IMG/VR virus record: IMGVR_UViG_3300025891_000058
Location: 1-52,421 of that record
Reading direction: 5' to 3' (one strand)
Length of the DNA: 52,421 nt
DNA from: a virus
Lineage: Duplodnaviria; Caudoviricetes
The position numbers and the translations under genes are program-made. The notes beneath the pieces are model-generated. The model ran no database searches, had not been told where the DNA came from, and worked only from the letters and a program-made list of their open reading frames with translations. Within the stretch, counting starts at the first letter, position 1, and each line of letters starts with the position of its first letter. Below are positions 45,459 to 52,421 of the stretch, piece by piece.

Positions 45459-45709
45459 TTTTCTTGTTCTAAATGGTTAATAAAAAGTTCTATTTCAGTT
45501 TTTAATAATTTCATTTTGGTTATAAAGTCCGATATTGAATCTTCGTCTTTTTTATGAAGTTTAATGGAATATTTACAATCAGATATTTTAATAAAAACAT
45601 CCCTGTATGTTTTGTCTGAATATTTCACGTCTCCATCAAATGTAACTACGCTGCTGGTAGAAGAAGATTTTATATCGTTTAGCCAGATTCTTTTATTATA
45701 TTGATTCAT
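45455..45709 (-). CDS. Hypothetical protein (inside repeat-bounded block)
   Basis: 84-aa ORF. Confidence 0.65.
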   Translation of the reverse strand: MNQYNKRIWLNDIKSSSTSSVVTFDGDVKYSDKTYRDVFIKISDCKYSIKLHKKDEDSISDFITKMKLLKTEIELFINHLEQEK

Positions 45710-45727
45710 CCTTTTTATGGTTTGTGG

Positions 45728-45925
45728 TTAATATTCGAATCGTTCAATATTTCCATTCAATAAATTTTCAATCCATAAACATTCACACGGCTCACAACTC
45801 AATATATTTCCCGTGTGGTCTCCTATATTGCACCTGTCAGTTTTAACATTTGAAAATGTTGTGTCTGTTTGTTCCATTTCCCCTCCACAATCAGGGCAAG
45901 TAATACCGGAATCATTTGCTATCAT
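45728..45925 (-). CDS. Zinc-ribbon protein (inside repeat-bounded block)
   Basis: CPDCGG...CEPCE. Confidence 0.65.
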   Translation of the reverse strand: MIANDSGITCPDCGGEMEQTDTTFSNVKTDRCNIGDHTGNILSCEPCECLWIENLLNGNIERFEY

Positions 45926-45969
45926 ATTTTCAGTTGTTTTTATCTCCCCGTATAGGAGAGGTTAAATTA
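45919..45969 (-). repeat. CCTATACGG-core repeat, copy 5
   Basis: Core 45948-45956; one flank matches copy 2, the other matches copy 3. Confidence 0.9.
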
Positions 45970-46191
45970 TTTCGGTGAATAATAAAGAACACTTACGCAA
46001 TTTTGTTCAACCGCTCTATCGTGGCATTTAGTTATTCCTAAATTAATCTTTTGGAGCCGGTCTTTTTCGTGCCTAAGCGACTGTTCTATTGTTTTTATTT
46101 TTTGGATAACAAAATCTCTTTCAACCAAATAAGAGTCATACGCTCGCTGTAATTCCGTGTCTCTGTTGTTAATTTTATCTTGCAAATCCAT
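45967..46191 (-). CDS. Hypothetical coiled-coil protein
   Basis: 74-aa ORF. Confidence 0.6.
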   Translation of the reverse strand: MDLQDKINNRDTELQRAYDSYLVERDFVIQKIKTIEQSLRHEKDRLQKINLGITKCHDRAVEQNCVSVLYYSPK

Positions 46192-46234
46192 CTCAATTAT
46201 TTTTAAGTGTAAATCCCAACTTTAATAATACCGT

Positions 46235-46585
46235 TTAATTTAATAATGTCATTTTAAGGTTATGTATCATTAAATGTTTTTCATCATAAAACGCACCTAC
46301 CCAAAAACCTTTTTCGTAATCGGCATTTCTTATGGCAATTTCAGGGTAGCAATTTACATACTCGACTTCTATTTGCGAATGAATAGTAGTAGTGCTGTCA
46401 ATCGATAATTCGAGTGCCATTGATTCTGTTATAAACCTATAAGCAACGTAAAGAGGAATTCCATCGACTGATTTTTGGGATGTAAAAGCCGTGTAAGTTT
46501 TACCGATAATTACTGGGTTATCGCCTATATCTTTTTTGCAACTCATTGCAAGGACAAAAATAATTACAAATAGTAAAGTTTTCAT
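46235..46585 (-). CDS. Putative surface lipoprotein
   Basis: MKTLLFVIIFVLAMS-CKKD lipobox; start reassigned to 46585. Confidence 0.75.
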   Translation of the reverse strand: MKTLLFVIIFVLAMSCKKDIGDNPVIIGKTYTAFTSQKSVDGIPLYVAYRFITESMALELSIDSTTTIHSQIEVEYVNCYPEIAIRNADYEKGFWVGAFYDEKHLMIHNLKMTLLN

Positions 46586-46636
46586 ATCATTTAAATTTTC
46601 CCCTAAAGTATATCGAATAATCATTGATTCAACAAA

Positions 46637-46654
46637 ACATGTTTTATAACATCT
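46637..46654. promoter_or_regulatory. Putative phage operator, copy 6 (ACATGTT-ttat-AACATCT)
   Basis: Dyad abutting TTTG at 46633-46636; shares TTCAACAAAA flank with copy 2. Confidence 0.7.
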
Positions 46655-46655
46655 T

Positions 46656-47717
46656 TTATTTACCTAACACTTCATTGATTATTTTGCGATTATCTCTAAA
46701 CCAATACGGTTGTTTTCCTGCTACTTTTTCAGATAGTTTATCGAACTGCGCACCGGCATATGTAATAAAATTCTTTGGCATTACGTCAATCTGATTTGAT
46801 ATTAAAGTTTCGTTATCTCCGTTTAAATATGCAACAAAGTCTTTTTCGGGCATTAACTCAGGTACTGCCGAACATAAACATTGCGAATGAAAACCTATAA
46901 ACTTGTAATACTTAGGATATAAGCCCTGCAAAACTTCGCATATCTCAACGTAATTATAATGTGGATGCGAACCCGAAAGTGAAACGCGAATACCAATCAC
47001 CATATCAAGTTGAGACCATCGAATATTATCAGATGCCAAAAAACTCATGTTCGTTTCAGATCTGGTTAACCGCATTGCATTTTTAAAACTACTGTTATAA
47101 ACTCCGGTTCCAGGCTTATTATCAATCATTGCCTGAGACGCAATTAATTTACCGTTCTTATCGCGGACCCGGCGGAACAAGGCATCAGGATTCTTTAAAT
47201 ACTGCCTAACTCTTCTACTGATCACCGATGCACTGTCGCCGTTCACAATCCCAATTCCGAGGTGGGCCTCCATCTCTGCTCTAAACTGGTCCGCTATTTT
47301 CCACACTCGGTCTGAAAGCGTTTTAGTCCCGTGTTCCCGTGCAATAAATGATTCGAGTGCTTTTGTGTTTGGCAAAAAGTAAGCCTCTCTATTTAATCCT
47401 TTAACAGCCGTTAACCCTGCAAGATATTCATTTGTGATTGCGTCGTTTTTAGCCCCTGATAACTTCCAAGCCTGAGCAATTTCATACTCATTTAAGGCAA
47501 GGCTTTTATCGTGAAAATCAGTGATTATATTTTCAATCTTGTTGTAGGTAGGCTTATTGAATTTGAAAGCCTTATTTAATCGCACGGTTGGGTCGTTTGC
47601 CATACGCGCAATATCTTTAGTAACCTTATCGAATAGCCCTAAATGCTGAGCCTGAAAGGTTGCTTGATTCGCTAAAAATCGCTTTCTATATTCTGCTGTT
47701 ATTGCGTCTGCTTTCAT
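46656..47717 (-). CDS. Head morphogenesis / minor capsid protein (SPP1 gp7, Mu gpF-like)
   Basis: LSDRVW, NAMRLTRSETN, ICEVLQGLYP...FHSQCLC. Confidence 0.88.
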   Translation of the reverse strand: MKADAITAEYRKRFLANQATFQAQHLGLFDKVTKDIARMANDPTVRLNKAFKFNKPTYNKIENIITDFHDKSLALNEYEIAQAWKLSGAKNDAITNEYLAGLTAVKGLNREAYFLPNTKALESFIAREHGTKTLSDRVWKIADQFRAEMEAHLGIGIVNGDSASVISRRVRQYLKNPDALFRRVRDKNGKLIASQAMIDNKPGTGVYNSSFKNAMRLTRSETNMSFLASDNIRWSQLDMVIGIRVSLSGSHPHYNYVEICEVLQGLYPKYYKFIGFHSQCLCSAVPELMPEKDFVAYLNGDNETLISNQIDVMPKNFITYAGAQFDKLSEKVAGKQPYWFRDNRKIINEVLGK

Positions 47718-47865
47718 CTTCTAAGTATTCTAAATATTTCAGTTTGCATTCGGCCGCCGTTCCCGTGAATAGTATTTTCCCGTCTTCTTCGTCAACAACA
47801 TCGTATTCATCTTTGCGTTCGATAAATCCTTTAATAGAGCAGTCGTGTAGTAGTATAGTTTTCAT
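47686..47865 (-). CDS. Hypothetical protein (59 aa)
   Basis: Hand translation MKTILLHDCSIKGFIERKDEYDVVDEEDGKILFTG...; ATGA overlap. Confidence 0.5.
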   Translation of the reverse strand: MKTILLHDCSIKGFIERKDEYDVVDEEDGKILFTGTAAECKLKYLEYLEDESRRNNSRI

Positions 47866-48116
47866 TCTGAATAAATTAAAATTTGTCTGTTTATTAATTT
47901 ATCAACTTCACGCATGGGTAATTGACAAATGAATGTTTCTCCACCAGCGTAAACAGTTGTCCAGTTTTTACCCATGTATAGATAAGGTGCAATTACAGAA
48001 ATACTGTAAAATATTACGTCCCTAACGTCTCCATCACTTAAGTCGTATTCAATTCCTGCATCGCTTAATTGTGATGTTTCGTCGTTATAAAAACATATTG
48101 GAAGTTTTATTCTCAT
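47862..48116 (-). CDS. Hypothetical protein
   Basis: 84-aa ORF. Confidence 0.65.
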   Translation of the reverse strand: MRIKLPICFYNDETSQLSDAGIEYDLSDGDVRDVIFYSISVIAPYLYMGKNWTTVYAGGETFICQLPMREVDKLINRQILIYSE

Positions 48117-48373
48117 TTTTGTTTATATTTTACAAACCAGTCATTTATACATGAGGTAATGCCGTTTTCATTTACCCATAAATCACATAATTCAACTGGT
48201 TTCTTTAGTCTATTTGAAATACATGAATCGCATAATACATCTTCTTTTTTTGCTATTGAAAGCCAAATATAGTCTTTTAATATCAACATATTATCGCTGA
48301 AATGGGTAAATTTAAGTCCGCAATCTTGACATATATACGTAGGTGGCTTATTTTCATGATAAATTACTGGCAT
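48113..48373 (-). CDS. Zinc-binding protein
   Basis: CQDC...IW...LCDSCISNRL. Confidence 0.65.
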   Translation of the reverse strand: MPVIYHENKPPTYICQDCGLKFTHFSDNMLILKDYIWLSIAKKEDVLCDSCISNRLKKPVELCDLWVNENGITSCINDWFVKYKQK

Positions 48374-48377
48374 GATT

Positions 48378-48953
48378 TTACCGCTTTATGATCACACAAA
48401 ATCCGTTTCCTACCTTGTCGTCTGGCTGTATCGCCTCGACTACGTTCCAATTCATGTACTGGCAAAGTTCGTAAAAGTCATCTAAATTCCAAACACTAAA
48501 ATGATCGTGCGGGTTTTGTGCTTCATCTTGTTTGATTTCGCCTGAATTACGCTTTATCAAATCTTCCAATGTTGTGCAGTCCCTTGTTTCGGTAGATATC
48601 GCTCTCCATGTTGGCGCAATGATGAAAATATAACCTCCCGGTTTAATCACCCTTAGCCACTCTTTAATCGTTGCAATAGGGTCAAAGAAATGCTCTATTA
48701 CATGTGAGCTGATTACATAGTCGTATGATTCATTTTTAAATGGTAGTTTATCACCATTCGCCACAACATCAACCGGCATTTTTTCACCGCAATACTCAAA
48801 CTCTGCCTTTTTAAATATGGTATCCATCGAGTCGGTATAATCCACGTTTAGGCAGTTAGGCAAATTGAAAGCATTGTGAGCGCTGCCGCCTATTTCGATC
48901 CCGGTTAATTTGTCCAGATATTCGTGAGCTAAATTTGAATCTTTGAATTTCAT
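48378..48953 (-). CDS. Class I SAM-dependent methyltransferase (type 11-like)
   Basis: GIEIGG, LPFKNESYDYVISSHVIEH...EWLRVIKPGG. Confidence 0.9.
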   Translation of the reverse strand: MKFKDSNLAHEYLDKLTGIEIGGSAHNAFNLPNCLNVDYTDSMDTIFKKAEFEYCGEKMPVDVVANGDKLPFKNESYDYVISSHVIEHFFDPIATIKEWLRVIKPGGYIFIIAPTWRAISTETRDCTTLEDLIKRNSGEIKQDEAQNPHDHFSVWNLDDFYELCQYMNWNVVEAIQPDDKVGNGFCVIIKR

Positions 48954-49930
48954 AATAGCGTTTTTATTAGTTCAACTCTCATTTTGTTTACCCTGCTCAA
49001 CGTTAAGCAATCCTGTATATATTCCCAACTTTTGGCATTCTCTGTTTTAATGTCAATTTGACCGGATAATACAGCGTTTAAAGCTTGGTAATATGTTTCA
49101 TTAGAATTGTACTTTAACGTGCCTGGAACATCCCAAAAGTCAGGTATAATAGAGACAGCCCCCGCATAACTCCCTTCGATAACTGAAACAATAGATTTGC
49201 ATCGATTAAATACATTGTCTTGTAAAGGGATCTGCATAACTGCCGGCTTCATTCTTTGTAAATTAGAATGATATAATATTATATCCTGTCCTTCTTTGAA
49301 TCCTTTATTTTCAGTAGTGGATAACATATAAGGCTCAAACCCCCAGAAAAGAAACTGCCAGTCCGGATGTTCTTCGGTTGCCTGGCTTATTGCCTGAGCG
49401 TATGACCAAACATCGAGTATATGTGTATCGGTTCCACGCCAAACAGCTAATTTGGATCGTTCAGACCATTGTTCACGCTTAAAAACAGAATCGTTAAAAG
49501 CATTCGGAATGACTTGAATATTGGAATTGAAAGGCAAATAAGCAGCTTTTAAATCTTCAGTAGTCACACTTACAACGTCTGCAAGATTCAGTATTCCTTT
49601 GATATTTCCCTGATTTGCTTGATTGTTGTAAATGTGATACGCTTTATTTTCGATGGGTACCGCAAATAGGTTATCGTCGTAGTCAATCCAAAGTGCAACA
49701 TTTAAGGCTTTTACATACCGGCAAAGGTCTAATGACTGTCGGGTGTATGGCCTCTGAATCATTACAATATCAAATTGAAGGATAGTGGACCAATCTAAGT
49801 CAATATCTTTCCACGATACGGAGGTGATACTTAATCCTGATTGTTTCCTCAAGTCTGCTGCAATTCCTGCCGAACGATACCAGCTACATGCATCGTTTTT
49901 GTCATACGATAAAAAAAGTATCTCAGTCAT
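48950..49930 (-). CDS. Glycosyltransferase (GT-B, GT4-like)
   Basis: WYRS...IVMIQRP...IDYDDNL...ADVVSVTT...VIPNA...WRGTDTH...PLQDNVFNRCKS..E; start reassigned to MTEILF. Confidence 0.8.
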   Translation of the reverse strand: MTEILFLSYDKNDACSWYRSAGIAADLRKQSGLSITSVSWKDIDLDWSTILQFDIVMIQRPYTRQSLDLCRYVKALNVALWIDYDDNLFAVPIENKAYHIYNNQANQGNIKGILNLADVVSVTTEDLKAAYLPFNSNIQVIPNAFNDSVFKREQWSERSKLAVWRGTDTHILDVWSYAQAISQATEEHPDWQFLFWGFEPYMLSTTENKGFKEGQDIILYHSNLQRMKPAVMQIPLQDNVFNRCKSIVSVIEGSYAGAVSIIPDFWDVPGTLKYNSNETYYQALNAVLSGQIDIKTENAKSWEYIQDCLTLSRVNKMRVELIKTLL

Positions 49931-50159
49931 TGGATTTCGGTTTAAATGCCTCTTTAATTTCAAACGGAGTCAAACTTGCGAATTGCTCCAAGTCATAAAA
50001 TAACCGTTCTGCCTTAACCTTTGCCAGTGCACCTTCCAGCCCATTCATGTACCGATGATGCGCTGACGTTCGATTGAATGACTTAACGGACTTAAACCCA
50101 AATAAGCGGGCAATATCGGCATGGCTCAACTTTGCGGCTTTGATGTTTGGATATTTCAT
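49923..50159 (-). CDS. Small HTH-like DNA-binding protein
   Basis: KLSHADIARLFGFKSVKSF. Confidence 0.6.
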   Translation of the reverse strand: MKYPNIKAAKLSHADIARLFGFKSVKSFNRTSAHHRYMNGLEGALAKVKAERLFYDLEQFASLTPFEIKEAFKPKSND

Positions 50160-50470
50160 ATGGACTTATCCCTGTAATATGTAAATTCATTCCAGCTTCT
50201 TTTCCCGGCATCTCTTATTGATAAAAATGCGCGTTCATTAACTTGCTCCAAAAAAATAAAATTTCTTTCTTCGTTATAGTCACATGAAAGCAATATATTT
50301 TTTAATCTTGCTGACATTTTAGGCAATCTGTCATTTGAATCAATCCATGTATCTATCTTTGTAAAGTCAGAAATATTTTCAATTAATGGATATTTATCCT
50401 TAATTAATAGATTAAATAATTCATTTTTATCTCTTTCGTCTAAACTGGTAAAGAATAATTGAATATTCAT
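50156..50470 (-). CDS. Protein with an RNA polymerase alpha-CTD-like (HhH) domain
   Basis: MSARLKNIL...FLSIRDAGKRSWNEF resembles alpha-CTD LSVR..NCL...LLK..NLGKKSL.EI; -7 box at 50499-50506. Confidence 0.6.
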   Translation of the reverse strand: MNIQLFFTSLDERDKNELFNLLIKDKYPLIENISDFTKIDTWIDSNDRLPKMSARLKNILLSCDYNEERNFIFLEQVNERAFLSIRDAGKRSWNEFTYYRDKSI

Positions 50471-50558
50471 TTTTATGAAATATTAGTTAAACATTCCACA
50501 AATATAATATAATACAATCAAATATACATATGATTTCCGATTTATTTTCAAAAAAAGA

Positions 50559-50870
50559 TCAACTTTGGTATTTAATCGGGTACAGCGCGATACTTCCGGC
50601 AGCGTTTAAAGTGATTGAAGCAACTGGAATGTCAAATATGATGCAGTCAATACCAGCTTTCATTGCCACATTCTGCCATGTTTTATTGGTTGTGGTGGTC
50701 CCGTCAACGTCGGTAATAGATGTCACCTGTGTGTCATCAATCCTACAAACTAGTCCATAAGCAGCGTGACCTGTTGCGAATACGTAAGGCGTTGCACCTG
50801 ATACAAAAATTGGTTCTGTGCCTAACATCATCTCCTGAAGTGTCGGCCATACTAAGTGTTCTCTTGCCAT
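50559..50870 (-). CDS. Hypothetical protein, possibly virion-associated
   Basis: 103-aa beta-rich ORF directly after portal. Confidence 0.65.
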   Translation of the reverse strand: MAREHLVWPTLQEMMLGTEPIFVSGATPYVFATGHAAYGLVCRIDDTQVTSITDVDGTTTTNKTWQNVAMKAGIDCIIFDIPVASITLNAAGSIALYPIKYQS

Positions 50871-50887
50871 TGTGTTTATTTTTTAAA

Positions 50888-52333
50888 TTATAATCCTGCG
50901 TTATTATTTTGATTATCAGTTAATATTCTGTCCATTTCTGCAACAGGATCAGAAACTAAAGGGTTTTTTTCTACACATGTTTCTGTTGACATTATGCCGC
51001 CAGTTTTTGCTACTGTCAGATTCTCGATCATTTCAGATATGTTAGCTGGCAAATAAGGTGTAATGATTGGTTTTAATGTGATTGTGGCCGCTTCTTTAGC
51101 CAGTGAAGTATCAATCAGCGCGCCTATTGCAGATTTGATGATATTAAGCCTTCTTTGCAATCCTATACCGAATGTCTCCTCTTCAACTCTGACTGCCATA
51201 TGTGCATCCAAAAACATGAGACGAAGCGCAACCCCAGAAACGTTTCCGATATCTTTCATGGCTTCGAATGATATATCAGGTGTTTGGGACATTGAATAAA
51301 TATACCGCTCGAGGTTTTCCTGCTCCAATTTAATACTTTGAGGTTCTGATGCCAGGTTAAGATAATTTGCAGTAGCTTCATTTTCAAGTTGCAAAAGCGT
51401 TCCTGTTTGGTTGTTCGTTTCAATGCTTGTCACCTTTCCGGCTACTGCAAGAATAGGCGCCCCAAACTTATCATTCATTCCTCCGTGATTGCTTGTAACC
51501 TCTTCGTGTCTGCCAATCATTGGCTGTTCGTCATTCCAAACTGGAACCGGTTGCCAGTAATACTCAATCAATAATTTTAAGGCTATGTTTGGTATTGGAT
51601 TCATAACCACTTCGACACCTGAAGCATTTAAGCCCGTTACTTCCTGGTCCAGTATCATTTTCCCGGCCACATCAACATATTTGTATTCAAACTCAGGCGT
51701 ATAGATGTCTGAATGTGCAATATCCTTTTCGCCATTGTTTAGCTTATAATCCCTTCGAAAACTTATCATATTCCCCACAGAATCAAACAAAGGGTAAAGC
51801 GTATCGCCAAGTTCAGGTGAAAGTATTTTACTGCTTAATGTGAACTTTTGCTTCGGGTCCCCGGTTGCGGTGTAATACCATATTACAGCTACTTCCATTT
51901 CTGACAACTTACGGCGGAGGATCTCTTTATTCTTATAGTCCATTTTATTGTCATTCTGAATCTTCTCGACCATCTTAACAAGGGTCTGCTCTTTTTCAGT
52001 AGGCTCACCATTAGCATAAATGGCCACGGTTTTAACCGGATCAGAAAGCATAAACCCCACACGCCGTTCTGTGATTATCTTTTGCCACGGGATGCCGACC
52101 CTAACAACTTCGACCATTACCTGAGTCTGAATTGGTTGACCGTCTGTATCTTTTCTTCCGGTATCGCGCCAAACTAACCGCTTAGGCCGTAAGGATTCAT
52201 CAAACACATCGTGACCCTCTACCTTGTATTGTTTCAGCGCTGTTTCCTGATCTACAATGAATTTAGGCCTTTTGAATAGCTTTTGTATCTGTTCATAATC
52301 CATCGATAATATTACTTCCTGCGGTGTTGCCAT
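50888..52333 (-). CDS. Portal protein (SPP1 gp6-like)
   Basis: 481 aa; QKIITERRVGF, LYPLFD, TPDISFE...SGVALRLMFLDA...GLQRR. Confidence 0.95.
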   Translation of the reverse strand: MATPQEVILSMDYEQIQKLFKRPKFIVDQETALKQYKVEGHDVFDESLRPKRLVWRDTGRKDTDGQPIQTQVMVEVVRVGIPWQKIITERRVGFMLSDPVKTVAIYANGEPTEKEQTLVKMVEKIQNDNKMDYKNKEILRRKLSEMEVAVIWYYTATGDPKQKFTLSSKILSPELGDTLYPLFDSVGNMISFRRDYKLNNGEKDIAHSDIYTPEFEYKYVDVAGKMILDQEVTGLNASGVEVVMNPIPNIALKLLIEYYWQPVPVWNDEQPMIGRHEEVTSNHGGMNDKFGAPILAVAGKVTSIETNNQTGTLLQLENEATANYLNLASEPQSIKLEQENLERYIYSMSQTPDISFEAMKDIGNVSGVALRLMFLDAHMAVRVEEETFGIGLQRRLNIIKSAIGALIDTSLAKEAATITLKPIITPYLPANISEMIENLTVAKTGGIMSTETCVEKNPLVSDPVAEMDRILTDNQNNNAGL

Positions 52334-52421
52334 GGTATTTATAATTTAATTACTTGAATTGACCACTTATCTTTCCGTTATTCCATTGGAGATAATCCGT
52401 TGCTTCGGAATTAATAAAATC
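52216..52421. repeat. Terminal direct repeat, right copy
   Basis: Matches 1-206 with one mismatch. Confidence 0.95.

Noticed and set aside
3963-45969. CCTATACGG repeats as a CRISPR array or IS ends
   Set aside because: Dispersed, no regular spacers, direct rather than inverted, no cas or transposase gene
894-51574. All plus-strand ORFs in the supplied track
   Set aside because: Short antisense shadows of minus-strand genes or of structured intergenic DNA, with no recognisable motifs
1-52421. Stop-codon reassignment as in some crAss-like phages
   Set aside because: Long structural and replication genes are intact in the standard code and there is no suppressor tRNA

Overview
The window is one apparently complete, circularly permuted, AT-rich dsDNA tailed-phage genome (siphovirus type). 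Bases 1-206 recur at 52216-52421 with one mismatch, giving a unit length of about 52,215 bp. Essentially all credible genes lie on the minus strand. In transcription order (high to low coordinate) they are: SPP1-like portal; an accessory island (RNAP alpha-CTD-like protein, HTH, glycosyltransferase, SAM methyltransferase, head morphogenesis protein, lipoprotein, small ORFs); scaffold, decoration protein and major capsid protein; head-tail joining genes; tail tube; tail chaperone with a -1 frameshift; tape measure; a Dit-like gene apparently split by a 2.4-kb cassette of two signal-peptide proteins; tail spike and LamG/SGNH fibre; a GH108 lysis module; early small ORFs; ERF/RecE-like recombination; YdaU-like initiator plus primase-helicase; a nin-like region (HNH, Dam-like MTase, ASCH, VRR-NUC, radical SAM); tRNA-Thr(UGU); and the terminases. 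TAnnTTTG promoters, A-rich leaders without Shine-Dalgarno sites, DUF3127 and a Cys-Lys-Lys-Asp lipoprotein point to a Bacteroidota host. I recognised no integrase, CI-like repressor, CRISPR array or reverse transcriptase. The most notable signals are a 9-bp CCTRTACGG core with mix-and-match flanks bounding accessory genes, the split Dit with secreted-protein cargo, a perfect 48-bp palindrome over a promoter, and a six-copy NNNTGTT-N4-AACATNT operator. All product calls come from motif recognition by eye; no searches were run.
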